A DNA stretch of 61,037 nucleotides, filler included, from Chiloscyllium plagiosum (lineage: Eukaryota), in assembly GCF_004010195.1 (NCBI RefSeq). It is 3 parts of one record of this genome, joined end to end, with 100 filler letters (N's around TTAATTAATTAA, not from the genome) between each part and the next. Parts side by side here need not be neighbours in the genome. Positions count along the whole stretch, not along the records: positions 24,862 to 45,418 come from NC_057711.1; 2 more parts are not named here. The stretch is one strand, 5' to 3'. Below the pieces are notes generated by a model, which searched no databases, was not told the DNA's origin, and worked only from the letters and a program-made list of their open reading frames with translations. This document shows positions 24,862-37,899 of the stretch, piece by piece. A program made the translations under genes and the position numbers. Each line of letters opens with the position of its first letter. Position 1 is the stretch's first letter.

Positions 24862-26747
24862 ACTATGGCAGTCCCAGTCTATGTTTGGAAAGTTAAAATC
24901 CCCTACCATAACCACTCTATTATCCTTACAGATGACTGAGATCTCCTGACAAATTTGTTTCTCAATTTCCCTCTGAGTATTAAGGGGTCTATAATACAAT
25001 CACAATAAGGGGATTATCACTTTCTTATTTCTGAGTTCCCCCAACTAACTTCCCTGGATGTATTTCCAGCCTCAGTACAGCTGTAATGCTATCCCTTATC
25101 AAAAACGCCACTCCCCCATTTCTCTTGCCTCCCTTTCTATCTTTCCTGTAGCATTTATATCCTGGAACATTAAGCTGCCAGTCCTGTCCATCCCCGAGCC
25201 ATGTTTCTGTAATTGTTACGATATCCCAGTCTCATGTTCCTAGCCATGCCCTGAGTTCATCTGCCTTCTCTGTTAGGCCTCTTGCATTGAAATAAATGCC
25301 ATTTAATTTATCAGTCCGACCTTATTCTATGCTTTCTCCCTGTCTGCCCTGACTGTTTGACCCACCTTTGCTCGCAGATTGATCTCTTTCCTCACTATCT
25401 CCCTGGGTTCCCCCTCCCCCCACCCCACCCACCTTAGTAGTTTAAATCCTCCTGAGCAACTCTGGCAAATCTCCCTGCCAGTATATTTGTCCCCTTCCAA
25501 TTCAGGTATAAATCCATCCTTCTTGCACTGGTAACTTCTACCCACAGAGGAGATTCCAATGATCCAAAAATGTGCATCCTTTGCCCATACACCAGCTCCT
25601 CAGCCATGCATTCATCTGCTCTATCCTCCTATTCCTGCCCTAACTAACTCATATCACCAGGAGTAATCCAGATATTACTACTTTTGAGGATGTCCTTTTC
25701 AAATTCCTGCCTAGCTCTCAATATTCTCCCTTCAGAATCTCATCCTTTTGCCTTCCTATGTCATTGGTTCCAATGTGTACAATGACCTCCTGCTGGTCCC
25801 TCTCCCCCTTGAGAACATTCTGCATCCTCTCTAAGACATTCTTGATCCTGGCACCAGGGAGGCAAAACACCACTCTGATTTTTCACTGCTGGCCACAGAA
25901 ACATCTGTCTGAGCTTCAAATTAGAGAGTCCCTTAAGATAATTGATCACTTGGAACCTGACGTAACCCTCATTGCATTAGAGCCAGTCTTGATACAGAAA
26001 CTTGGCTGTTTGTGCTATATTCTCATGAGAATCCATCACCGCCTACATTTTCTAAAACAGCATACTTGTTTGAAATGGGGATAGCCGCAGAAGACTCCTG
26101 CACTACGTGCCTACCTCTCTTACTTTCCTGGAGTTAACCCATCTATGTGACTGTATCTGCAACTTGTTTCCCTTCCTATAACCGCCATCCATCACATCCC
26201 CTTGCTCTTGTAAATTTCTCTTTGCTTCTTCCTGTCTCTCCAACTGATCCATTCGATATAATAGGATTCGCAACCAATGGCATTTATTGCATATATAATC
26301 CTCAGTAGCCCGTAAACTCTCCCGAAACTCCCACATCCAACAACAAGAGCACATCACTTTACTAAAGGCCATTTTTGTTTCTTTAAATCTACAGACCCAG
26401 AAAATAGCACAGTCTTATTCATTTACAAAACACTGCTCCAGGCTAACTAAATACTTATGGCTTATATTTTTAAGTTTAATCAAGAAGCATAGCTCAATAA
26501 AACATACAATCAAGAAAGAACACACTCTATTCACTACTGCAGACTTTCTGTGGGCCACACTTAAAAATATTCACTTATCTGTTTCTGTGCTGCGACCTCT
26601 CCCAAACAGGTTCTTCAAAGATTAGTTGTGAATTTCACATTTTTTAAATTTTCCTAGACGCACTCCGATGTCCAGTGATACATGAATTCAAACAGCAAAG
26701 GCAGTAACTGTGCAGGTTCACTGCTGTGTTAGTTATCAATGTGGGTT

Positions 26748-26779
<32 letters not shown>

Positions 26780-27002
26780 CTGTACTGACCTCACTATGTG
26801 CTGCCTTTGTCTGTTACTCTACCTTTTGAAAGTGCTGTAGTTCTGACTTTTTTTCTCCAAAGTTTCAAAACAATGCAACAGCATATAAAACAGTAATTGC
26901 TGTTCCTGGAATTTGAGGAAATCACCTCCAACACCTAAAATACCTCAAAGAAGGAGCAGCCTGTTACAGCCAGAAATTTTTCCATCTTGGATTACCCAGA
27001 AT
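24862..27002 (-). mobile_element. CR1 5' half (5' UTR, ORF1, APE endonuclease), same family as 17020-18295
   Basis: MAFSKVMCSCCWMWEFRE; YYRPLN...VGDFNFPNIDW; long shared stretch with 17020-18290. Confidence 0.92.
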
Positions 27003-27496
27003 TTGCCCTTCATGTACATTTTTGTCTACTCCAAAAAATTGTGACTTCTTTGCTAGGTCTCTGCTATAGTGGAAAGGTCGTCTGTTTGAACTTAGTACTG
27101 ACTTCAAATGATCTTGCTGCATTTGAGTTTCCTTCAGGTGTGAATCACACGCTAACTCGTTAAACCGGCCAGCAAAACTGGGTTCTTCTGGAATTGGATG
27201 TTGAACTTCTGCATCTGAGTTCTACCAGCTATTTATAAATGTGCACAAAACCTCCAGGAATTTGTGAAAATCCAGCATTGCCTGCCTAGAAACCTTATAT
27301 TTCCCATGATTTTCATGGTCCTGAATAAATACTGGAGCCTCTTTCTGCACTTGTGATACTAGGGGGGAGAAAAATAGGATGTTGAGATAAATTCAAGACT
27401 CTGAGGATCAATGAGGAAGTAATGGAACATGCAATTGGTTGTACCTATATTCGTATCTCAGCCTGAAGATTTATGAGAGATGTTTGCAAGCTCCCA

Positions 27497-27732
27497 AAGG
27501 CAAAAGTGAGGGCTGCAGATGCTGAAATCCAGAGTTTAGATCAGAGTGGTGCTGGAAAAGCACAGCAGGTCAGGCAGCATCCGAGGAGCAGAAAAATCGA
27601 TGTTTCGGGCAAAAGCCATTCATCAGGAATAGAGGATGATGAAGGGCTTTTGCCCAAAATGTCGATTTTCCTGCTCCTCGGATGCTGTCTGACATCCTGT
27701 GCTTTTCCAGCACCACTCTGATCTAAAAACTA
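27497..27732. mobile_element. Palindromic PLE mini-insertion with two opposed, mutated hammerhead motifs
   Basis: 10-bp TSD CAAGCTCCCA (27487-27496, 27733-27742); inverted arms of about 90 bp around GGAATAGAGGA. Confidence 0.9.
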
Positions 27733-28044
27733 CAAGCTCCCATAGCCCAGTGTTGCAAGATAAGCCTACAGGTCTAATGTAGACTTAGCCACTGAATATT
27801 CCTTGGTTTAAATATCTTCAGGTCACTTATACTTCCCAAAAGAACTCTGGCTTCTGCCCAGGCTTCTTGCTGTCAGTGGAAGGTTGGAGATGATCTGTGG
27901 CTTTCTGCTGACATTCAATTTAATCACCACCTCATTGTATTTCCATAGCAACATTGGACACAAGGGACAAACTGGCAACTCATAACCACATTATGGATTG
28001 GCAACATTTATAATCATCACATTTATCATGCCCTCATTCATTTA

Positions 28045-28260
28045 GGCCCAAAGGATCCTTCCACATCTGACAGAGATTTTCCTGCACCTCCACACTCGTC
28101 ATCTACTGTGTCCATTGCTCTCGATGTGGTCTCCTCTACATTGGGGAGACATGAGGCCTACTTGCAGAATGTTCAGAGAACATCTCCGGGACACACACAT
28201 TAAACAACCCCACTGCCCTGTGGCCGGACACTTCAACTCCCCCTCCCACCCTGCCAAGTT
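28045..28260 (+). mobile_element. PLE GIY-YIG endonuclease fragment
   Basis: FSCTSTLVIYCVHCSRCGLLYIGET...HLRDTH...PVAGHFNSPSH. Confidence 0.88.
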
Positions 28261-30139
28261 CAAGCAGTTGCTTGAAGTTGCTGTCACATACTGACTGGTT
28301 AATGTTCAGCCTTTCCCAGCTCTCCAGCCTCTGGTTTCTTTTATATGGTTGAGGGAGAAAGAAGCCAATAATCCATAGAATTGTAGAAAAGTTACAGTGC
28401 AGAAAGAGGCAATTCAGCCCATCAGCCAGAAAAAGAGTTAGTCATTCATCTGAATCCAACATTCCAGTACCTGGTCCATGGCCTTGTAGGTTACAGCACG
28501 TCTCGTTCAGATCCAGCTACACCTTAAATGAGTTGAGGGTTCCAACTGCCAAAGCAGGCAGCAGTATCCTCACATCTCTGGAAAAGGGAGGCTGTGAAGA
28601 GGGGGAAGGAGCCAGGTACATTTTGTGGATGTGTCATTTTCTTCAGTGAATGAGATATTTTTAAAATTTGAATTAGTGTTATTGTCACATGCGAACAGTG
28701 AAAAGTCGACAAGTCGCCACTTGTGGCATCATTTTAGGTACAAAGGTACCTCGGTACAGATTCTTGAGTACAAATTCTTGGGAAAAAAATTAGAAAAATA
28801 AAGAACTAAGAAGTTCAGCATTACAGAACTTCAAAAGTATAAAATCATCGTAATAAGTTAGATGAATAAAGAAATAAAAGTTCAGAATAAAATTTCAGAA
28901 GTGTATCCCAGGAGTGTACAGCGACTAAGTTTTGTGTGGGTGAGGTGTCTTTTTTGGGCTCTGAGCTCCTGTATATGGTAATTTCATGGTTTTTTTTGTC
29001 TATGAGAATCAAATGTTTTTGTATTCAAGGTTGTGTGTTGTTGTATATGGTGGCTTGTATTTTCTTTACATTGGGAATGCCAATTATTTTGCACATAGGA
29101 TTCTGCATGATTGTCATGTGATAAGTAATCAAAAACATACACAGTCAGCCCTGGCCAATTTTGCTTAGTATCCAAATCTCACAGTCCATAATGACTGTAC
29201 AAACTCTGCAGTGAACTGTGCAGACTTAACTTGAAATATTGTCTCTGTCTCAGGAAACTGATTTCCATGCACCGTTCTCCCATTTCACATGGGTGCTACC
29301 TGCTGTTAATCAGAGACACAAACGAGACCAGATCATACAAAATGATCACCCCTAACATTTACTTTCCTGCAACAAGAAGTCTTTATCCAATGGCAGACAT
29401 GTGTGTGTTGCTCCCCTGGGGAAATTCATATACTTTTACAGAGGAGTGCAGCCAGTAGCAGAAGAACAATGCAAGTTAAGTTATTTATGCTGTTGTAATG
29501 GTCTGGGACTCCTTAATGGCCTCTTTGGCATTCACCTGACTCTTATACATCGAGACTAAGGTAATCGATAGGCTATTGGGAAATTTGATCTCTAATTTCA
29601 AATACTTCTCAACTTTCGGAAAGTCTTTGATTAATCACAGCATTGTGTAATTGTACATTTATACTTTCTTCACTCCACATTTCTAATTTTTCTCAATTAT
29701 ATAGACAGTTAGTGCTATTATTTTTCATGCGTGTTTAACTTTAGGATGAAGCCATTAACTTAAAATTCCTGGACTTTGCATTGTGTTCTTTCATGTCAAA
29801 TATTCAAGCCAAATTGTGGAAATGAATCCTTGCACTTGGCACCATTTATGGACTAGTAAACCTGTGTTGCTTCTCCCAGTGATCCTTAGCTCATTCTGCT
29901 ACCTGCCATTTACTTTCTTACCTTCCAAGTAGGGAATACATTTACACAGAACCTTGGCTAGACCACACTTGGAGTTCTGTGAACAGTTTCATTCTTCATA
30001 TATTGTAAAAACAATCTGGAAGTCCTGGAGGAAGTGCAGAAAAACATTACAACGTTGTTACCAGAACTGAGAAGGTTCAATTTGTACCATGGGAGGTTGA
30101 GCAGGCTGTAGCTCTTCATTCTGGAAAGGAGAAAGAAAA

Positions 30140-30500
30140 AGCAAAGCCAATCCAAGTCTTAGAAACATTCAAGAAATCCAATCTTTTGTTGTTTGGTTTA
30201 ATGCCAACATCCATGAGTTTGAGTTTGAGACAGGCTGGTTGAAGAGAAGACTTTAGGCTTGGAGGTCTTTGGACGACTGTTTATTACATATGCAGACTAA
30301 ACATACAATACATGCCATTCACTGATACATCAGGCTCAAATCTTATTGTTACATTATTGAAAGACAGTTCTTGGATTCTACACGCTTGGAGTCAACCCAC
30401 CCGGTGCTTTTTATGTCCAGTGAAGAGCAGCTCCAGGACATCATTGCAAGGTTGCTCCAGTGTCTTAAAGCACTTACGCAGCACCCAGATTTCTGGGGTT
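30140..30500 (+). pseudogene. SEA-like membrane-adjacent (MAD) domain relic following the EC run
   Basis: IQVLETFKKSNLLL / WFNANIHEFEFETGWLKRRL / LNIQYMPF...SWILHAWSQPTRCF / MSSEEQLQDIIARLLQCLKAL resembles the strand and helix pattern of CDH23/PCDH15 MAD domains (by eye). Confidence 0.5.
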
Positions 30501-30579
30501 CCCTCCACTTTACAAGTTATCCCCACATCTCCCCACTCCATTCCCACTGCATCAGAACATAAACTTAAAAGTTGCTTCT

Positions 30580-31070
30580 GTCAAAACATAGGATACAGAG
30601 GAGGCCATTCGGATCATTGTTTTTGTTTGGAAAAGTTCAGAAATAAGTCTGGCTCTCTTGCTATTTCTCCTTGGCCCTGCATTTTTTTTTACTTTAAATT
30701 AAAACATATCTTTAATGTCATGAAGGGGTTTTGATGGAGTGATTGTAGAGAAATGGGTCCTATTTGTAGGCGAGATCAGACAAGTGGGCTTGGTATAGTG
30801 AGGGGGGGAGAGTGTAGAGATGTTGGGCAATGGTGAGGCATAATTAAAAGACGCCAATACCAGATCAGGTCAAATTAGAAGAAATTCCTTGACACAGAAT
30901 GTGAAATTTGTTACAAAGCAAAGTGACTGAAACAGTGATGGATTTAAGTAGATATTTATTGCATGTAAAGAGAAAACAATTGGGAAATGCAGAGGCAGAA
31001 TGGGAAGGTATAAATGGAATGATTGGAATAGACCAGTATTTTTGCTGGCAAGTTTCTCTGATATGTATTC
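30580..31070. mobile_element. Old CR1 3' fragments (- then +)
   Basis: AACATAGGATACAGAGGAGGCCATTC (reverse tail), then ORF2 C-terminus and 3' UTR on +. Confidence 0.65.
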
Positions 31071-31273
31071 TGCCCAATTCCATGTGAATCTTTAAACCTC
31101 CCATTTTCCCACTTTAGAAGGTCTCTTTTGTCTGAATTCCTATATTCTGAAGTTAAATAACCACCCAGACTCACATTCAACTCCACTGTCCCGCCTGCTC
31201 AGTCAAAACAATAATCACACTGTGTCCATCATGACTGTCAAATTAAAATAAAATTGTATGTAGCCCATTTCAG

Positions 31274-31560
31274 CCTTTCAGAGCTTGAAGATAAAGTGCG
31301 ATCATTAAAATTTTCTGCAGTTGATTGATTGCGGTCAGTGGCAATCCAGGGCCGATGAATGTGCTCTGACTGGTACTTGCTCAGATCTTGGGAAATACTT
31401 ATGGACTCCATTTGACAAATGTGCAAATGGTGGGGAACGGATTTAATACACTAAGTAATCATAGGGGACCCTTAAGAACACAATCATCTTACTGGAATTT
31501 AAATGCAGACCACCAACTTCACAGAACTACATAACTCTGGCAGTTCCATTAAAGAAATCT
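31274..31560 (+). pseudogene. Possible second MAD-like segment
   Basis: LEDKVRSLKFSAVD / ADECAL / VLAQILGNTYGLHLTNVQMV; needs two frameshifts. Confidence 0.3.
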
Positions 31561-32774
31561 GATTTTAATTAATTTGTGATAGAGTTTTAGTGATATTTTT
31601 AAACATACTATAGTAATGTGATGGGAATATATAGGAACTCATAGACCTTATAAACTTCTCTGTTTTACTATTCAGTTAGATCATGGTTGATCTGTCCATA
31701 AACACCATTTACGTCTACAGCTCTTGCGAATGTAACAAAACTCTCTTGATTATAATCTTGACGGTCTCAACTGATCCGGCATCTGCAGACATTTTGGAAA
31801 AGAGAGTTCTCCATGTATGCACACCGGCTCGTGCAAGTAACATAAACATCACGTAGGATTTTTCAGATGGCAGATTCTTTGCAGCCAAAGAGTTGATAGA
31901 ATGATTCCCTTGAAACTTCAGAAGCCCCAAAAGTTACTTAACCTGGCAAAGTGCATTCATTGGCTGGAGGTGTGGATCTCAACCCTCACATGGGCTGACC
32001 TCCACCTGGGAGCTCTCAGGCCAATCAGATTGGCCAATAACTCTGTAGACCCAGCAGCAGCAGTGCCAACATTGGCCAGGACTGGGACTACAAGCAATCC
32101 ATAGATTTAAAATTCCCAGAGCACATGACCAGGTAACTGGAGTCCCACAACAGGGAGGAGAGGAGAAGGGAGGGGAAAAGAGATGAAGCTCATTGGCAAT
32201 GAGGGTCCTGATAGAGAGGCTGGTTGGAGGAGGATGCATTCCCATGGGGCAGAGTGTGCCCAGTGTGGAGATATCTGATTCACCACCTTCCTGCTTGAAG
32301 TCTGAGCAGGGAACCCTTGGGGATTCATTCAGCTCTGCACTCATTCTATCCCTTTCAAAATTGAAGTCAGGCAGTAAACAGCACTCAAGTAGCCAATAAT
32401 AGACCTCAAGATCCTTAAATTGGCAGCCTGCCTGAGACTTTACCCACCCTCTATAAAATTATCAACAATGGAGCTGGGGACAGTGGGAAGACAATTGGGC
32501 TTCCTGTTTGTAAACCCACCATAGGGGGACCGTAAGATCTTGCCCCAGTTCATTTCCTAAAAATAAAGCAAGCAGTAACATAAAATGGAATGAACAAATT
32601 TAGCTTTTTAAAAATATATACTAATTGTTATAACTTTACAGAATCAGTTACTACAAGAAAGTGATAAAAGATATTATTTGAAGTCGACTTGCAACAGACG
32701 TTTTTTAAACCAAATAAACTTGAGTATAGGTGCCCTTCAGGATAAGTACCTCAGAATGTTACTATGGGCTTTTT

Positions 32775-33575
32775 CATTCATTTATTCCTATTCATTCATG
32801 GGATTTGGGTATCACTGGCTAGCCAGCATTTTAGCCTGTGTCTAGTTGCCCTTGAGAAAGTGGTGATGAGTTAGTTTTTTGAACCGCTGCAATCCATATG
32901 ATGCAGTTAGCCCCACAATATCATTGGGAAGGAAATTCCAGGATTTTGACCAATTGATACAAAAGGAAGACTGCTATATTTCCAAGTCAAAATGGTGAGT
33001 AGTTTTGGCTGGAGGGAGGAGGTTATCTTGCAGGTGGTGGTGTGTCTATGTATCTGTTGCCCTCGTCCTTCTAAATGAAAGTTGTCATGGGTTTTGAAGA
33101 TGTTGTCTAAGGATCTTTGGTGAATTTCTGCAGTGCATCTTGTAGTTGGTAGATGCTGCAGCTATTGATGGTCGGTGATAGAGGGAGTGGATGTTTGTGG
33201 ATGTGCTGCCAGTCAAGTGGTTTGCTTTCTCCTGGATGATGTCAAGCTTCTTCAGTGTTGGTGGAGTTATCTAAGCAAGTGGGGAGGACTGTGGAGAGTA
33301 ATCCATCATATTCCTGATTCGTGCCTTCTAGATAGGGGACAGACTTTGGGGAGTCAAGCTCATTGCAAGATTCCCAGCATCTGATTGCTCTTGTAGCCAC
33401 AGTATTTATATGACAGGTCCAGTTCAGCCTCTGATCAAAGGTAACTCCCAGAATGTTGATAGTGGAGGATTCAGTGATGATAATGCCATTGACTGTCAAG
33501 GCAATTCTCTCTTGTTGGAAATGGTCTTTTCCTGTTACTTGTGTGGCATGAATATTATTTGCTGCTTGCTCCATT
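32775..33575 (-). mobile_element. Second LINE family, 3' portion
   Basis: Antisense match to 600-1217; ORF NGIIITESSTINILGVTFDQRLNWTCHINTVATRA. Confidence 0.88.
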
Positions 33576-35034
33576 CCAATGATATCCCTCATCCAAATCT
33601 ATTCCCACCTTATAAAGGATTGTTCCTGGAGTAACACAGTACTGAGTGGCTGTCTGCCCTGAGATAGGCACCCTTGCACCCTCACGTGGATGCTCTGTGC
33701 CTGGGTAAGCACTGGTATTCTGGAGCTGCCTGCTCATTGATGGATACAATCTGAACATGTTAGAGAAGGTCAATCTCTGAAAGGGACCTGAAGGTCCTAA
33801 TGGAGGGTATGGTATGAAGGAGGAGTGTTCTCTTCCCAAAGGAGCAGCAGGGAATGAGGTTACTGAGGCGTCAGTGGAAGTATCACAAGGCTGCCTACTG
33901 TACCCCTCACCCAGCTGAGATGCTGACACCTCAGTGGAATGTTAATCTGGTGAGAACTCCACTGTGACAGCTCTGCAGCTGTTGAAAGAACAAATGTCCC
34001 TGGCCACCGGCACTCAGAGGACTACCAGAGAAAGCGCTCTCCGAGTTTCCACTACCAGAGACTGTGGGCACATGAACAGGGAGGAACAGGAGCAGCAGGC
34101 ATGTGGGATGCAATAGTCTTTACTGCTCAGAGGCTGCAGCAATGTACCAAATAATGCGATCATCCATCTGCCTCCAATGACAGATTGGGACTGTCACGGA
34201 GAGCCAGGTCCAGTACCCTTGGGGTCTGCTAGAGTGGCACACACACCTGTAGTACATCACCCATCACTCTGTTGATCCCAGGACCAAAGATATAGTGACG
34301 GTTGGCAAGAAATCCAGATGCCTCTTCCTCACAAACAGACAGGGCAGTGCCAGGCTTCACCTAGAAAGAGAAAGTAGAAAATACATTGAGGATAGTTTGA
34401 TGTCATGAGCTATATTGCACAGTAGGTGAAGTCTCTACAGTTGTTTGTTTGCATGTGTGTGTCACCCCAAATGTAAGTGTGTCACCATGTTCCTTAATGA
34501 CACCATTGTCCCCTAGCCTACAACATCCCCATTCTTTCGATGATCTCTGTGTCCAAATGTGAATGAAGTGGTTACACAAGGAGCCAATACATTAGATTCG
34601 CCAGGGATTCGATCCCTGCAGGTCTGTATCCTGTACAGTGCATGATCTGTTTACAATGTTGTTTCCTTAGTGTGGTCTTAGTGAGGGTCCTGCAAACCCC
34701 ACCCCGTAGGGTGGGACATTTACCCCACCCACTTGGGATGTGGTAGCAGCCATTTCCTTTCCCATTTTGTACTATCGATTTCCAACACAATGGAAGACTT
34801 CAGTGAATGCTCTTTGGTCTGTGGATTGGTGAGATGCCATGATGTTCACAAGGAGACGGCAAAGGTTGATGCCAATGTCTGTGGATGAGGAGCATGCGCA
34901 GTTGTTGGCCATGGATTGTGCCTGAGAGACTCATTGGTACTGAGCATCACAGAGGCTGCTTGCAGCCAGAGGGGAACTGAAGTCATCAGGTACTCACATT
35001 GACTTCCATGTTGAGAATTCTTAACATCTAGCTT

Positions 35035-35565
35035 CATAGAATCCCCACAGTGTGGAAACGGGCCATTTAGCCCAACATGTCCACACCAAACCACAAAAGA
35101 GTAACCCACCCAGACCAATTCCCCTACCCTACTACTCTAAATTTCCCCTGACTAATGCATCTAACCTACACATCCCTGAACACTATGGGCAATTTAGCAT
35201 GGCCAATTCACCTAACCTGCACATCTTTCAATAGTGGGAGGAAACTGGAGCACCGGCAGAAACTCACAAAGGCACGGGGAGAGCATGGAAACTCCATATT
35301 CTTAATGTGAGAAGACAGTGATTTAAAAAACACATAAGAGGCTTTTTTTTTTACACAGAGGGTGGATCGAGAGTGGAATGAACTTTCTGAGGAAGTTGTG
35401 AATGAAGGTACAATTACAACACTTAAAAGACATTTGGATGGATACATGAATAGGAAAGGTTTGGAGGGATATGGACCAGGAGCAGGAAGTTTAATTTGGG
35501 ATTGTGTTCAGCATGGACAGGTTGGACCAAAGAGTCTGTTTCCGTGAGACTTTATCGACTCTGTG
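35035..35565. mobile_element. HE1 SINE (-, 35035-35292) abutting a HER1 3' end (+, 35300-35565)
   Basis: Reverse HE1 body, then WNELSEEVVNEGTITTLKRHLDGYMNRKGLEGYGP. Confidence 0.88.
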
Positions 35566-36159
35566 AGTTACATTTTAAGACATAGCAAGACCAGAAGTCA
35601 GTGTTGGACATTGAGGATGTGTCAAGGGGTGAACTCAAACAATGTTATTTTTTTGTTTCCATCTTAGAATGTAAAAAATTCAATGCACTGCACCTTAACT
35701 GTGTTTCTACACACTGTACAGGTTTGGGGATAATAGATCCTGAAATAACCCAGGGTGGGGAGAGTAACAAGTGAATTTGCATTTAATCGAGACTTGATCC
35801 TGCTCACACTCGAGTCTGCTGCTCCACCTTGTCTTGCCCACCATTAACCATTTCAGGCCTGCAGTGGACAGAGTTCTGGGGAGGAAGGGGGATTTTGCTG
35901 GCTATTTATCAGTATGGTGTAAAGATTGATCAAAAAGCCCATCTATTCTGCCAACGATAGCTTTGACTATGCAATATTATATGAACATACCATACTCGTG
36001 TCCATCTCCTTGTTAACAAATTGCTTACTGCCGTGAATACTACACAGTGCCTCTTTTAGTCGAGAAGTACCTGCTCTTCAACATTCTAGGATGTTGAGAG
36101 AAAGAGGGTAAGAAGAATGGCTTCTCCCTCTTGTGGTTGACCTGTTCCCCTGCCATTGT

Positions 36160-37166
36160 GCAGAATGTCAATCTTGCTGAATGTGCAGTGGAACTGAAAA
36201 CAGACAGCTGCATTGGAAGTAATTTGCAAAATCTGGTGAAGTGCTGCTAAGGGCTACTCTACACTGGATCATTTCCATATGCAGTGGACAGTTTCTTGGC
36301 ATTCTGCATACACTTCGTTTGTGTTCAGAGCTTTCCAAACTGTTTTCACAATATTGATAAATTGCAAGGAAAAGACCAGACATCAGAGAATGAGAAACAA
36401 AAGCACAAAATGCTGGAAACACTCAGTGAGTCAGTCAGCATTTGTGAAGAGGACAGATGAGTTTGTACTTCAAATCCTTTCTCAAAACTGGAAGAAATTA
36501 TAGATGAAAGGATGAAAACAATGGGAAAGAAAAAGGAAAACACAGAGAATATGTTAGGTGCTTAAATGGAAAGTAGGAAATAATTAAATTGCTCTGGCGT
36601 TATGCAGGATGAATGAGGTGTGTTTTCCTGCTGAATGCTTTAAGTTAAACATTTCTAGGTGATCTTTCAGGATTGCTTTCGATTTCCTTTTTGCAAAAAG
36701 TTTTTTTTATTTAGGTTATTGATTCTTTTCTAACAACCTTCTGCATTTGAATGAAGCTTGTGCATTCAAAGTGTTCCTTATTGTCTCCGTGCAAGCACCT
36801 CCCTTGGGTATTGATAACAACACTGCTGTTCCCACGAAAAGATCCATTGCTATTTGGCAAAATGTTATTTGTTCAAACCAGACTGGCAGAATCTGTTGGC
36901 TTTTTGTCTCTTTCTGGACACCATCTTGTGTCTTTATTATCAGGAACATACAATGTCAGATTCATTTGCATTTGTTAGCATATATTGTAATACACAAAGA
37001 AGCTCATTGGGATAATAGATCCACATAACAAGAACTAGCTTGTCTTAATTTGCTGCCCACTGTGATGTAAGTGAATTATTACCACAAATGACTGTCTTTA
37101 TACGTCTGTAGTGTCTGTAGACTATTAGTACCCACACAATGTTTAAGGAACTGCAACAAGACTTTG
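36160..37166 (+). pseudogene. CDHR2-like penultimate EC repeat(s), degenerate
   Basis: KSGEVLLRATL; ORF 36747 QNVICSNQTGRICWLFVSFWTPSCVFII recalls CDHR2 EC8 (NILC..G.LCW..FS...SVYI, from memory); MFKELQQDF then G|gtataa at 37166 is in phase with the next exon. Confidence 0.55.
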
Positions 37167-37324
37167 GTATAATATTTTTGTAAAGAATGTTATCAATTTA
37201 AGAAGGATTAATAATATGAAATGGAAAATATATATTTGACTTGGTCATTATTAACTTGTTTTGTTATTCAATTATGTAAATTTTCACAGTTTTTCTGATT
37301 TTCCAGTTATAGTTCATCACATTA

Positions 37325-37625
37325 TGGGTCGGGGATTCCAGAACTAGAGGGCATTGGTTTAGGGTGAGGGGAAAGATATAAAAGAGACCTAAGGGACAAC
37401 ATTTTCACACAGGAGTTATATAAAATGTAATGAGCTGCCAGAGGAAGTGATGGAGGCTGTACAATTGCAACAGTTAAGAGGCATTTGGATGGGTATATGA
37501 ATAGGAAGGGTTTGAAGGGATATGGGCCGGGTGCTGGCAGGTGGGACTAGATTGGGTTGGGATATCTGGTCGGCATGGACACGTTGGACCGAAGGATCTG
37601 TTTCCATGCTGTACATCTCTATGAC
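37325..37625 (+). mobile_element. HER1/CR1 3' fragment
   Basis: SRTRGH...RHLDGYMNRKGLKGYGP plus GTTTCCATGCTGTACATCTCTATGAC tail. Confidence 0.9.
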
Positions 37626-37659
37626 ATTAGGACACTTGTCCCATATGAAAGAAATTCTA

Positions 37660-37899
37660 GATTTTTTTTAATCAAACTGTTCAGAGATGTTATTACACAC
37701 ATCTGGAGGGTGAGGCTTAAAATCTTGGCCTCCTTACTCACAGGTAGGGATACTACCACAGCAGCTCTTCATTTTACTCTTTTGTCCTTCATTTTTGTTC
37801 TGAACAACCTGTTCACATATCATTTTACAACTCTGGAGCAGGTGGGACTTGAACCCAGATCTAGGGGTATGGACTCTACCACTGTGCCACAAGAGCCCA
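37660..37899 (-). mobile_element. Dimeric short tRNA-derived SINE with A-tail
   Basis: 15-bp TSD ATGAAAGAAATTCTA (37645-37659, 37900-37914); two related units; A box GTGGCACAGTGG and B box GGTTCAAGTCC on -. Confidence 0.85.

Larger units (their letters stand above)
27003..30030 (+). pseudogene. Degenerate cadherin repeats split by PLE and LINE insertions
   Basis: TGQQNWVLLELDVE / EFYQLFINVH..KSSIACLE; LRINEEVMEHAIGCTYIRISA; ISSGHLYFPKEL; FCVGEVSFLGSELLYMV; FPATRSLY..NSYTFTEEC; VVMVWDSLMASLAFT*LLY..INHSIV; YIYTEPWLDHT..SFILHIL*KQSGSP. Confidence 0.68.

Noticed and set aside
35668..35721. 54-bp candidate exon with a good acceptor
   Set aside because: Two frames are open, neither is clearly cadherin, and the donor is weak (gtttgg); unresolved.
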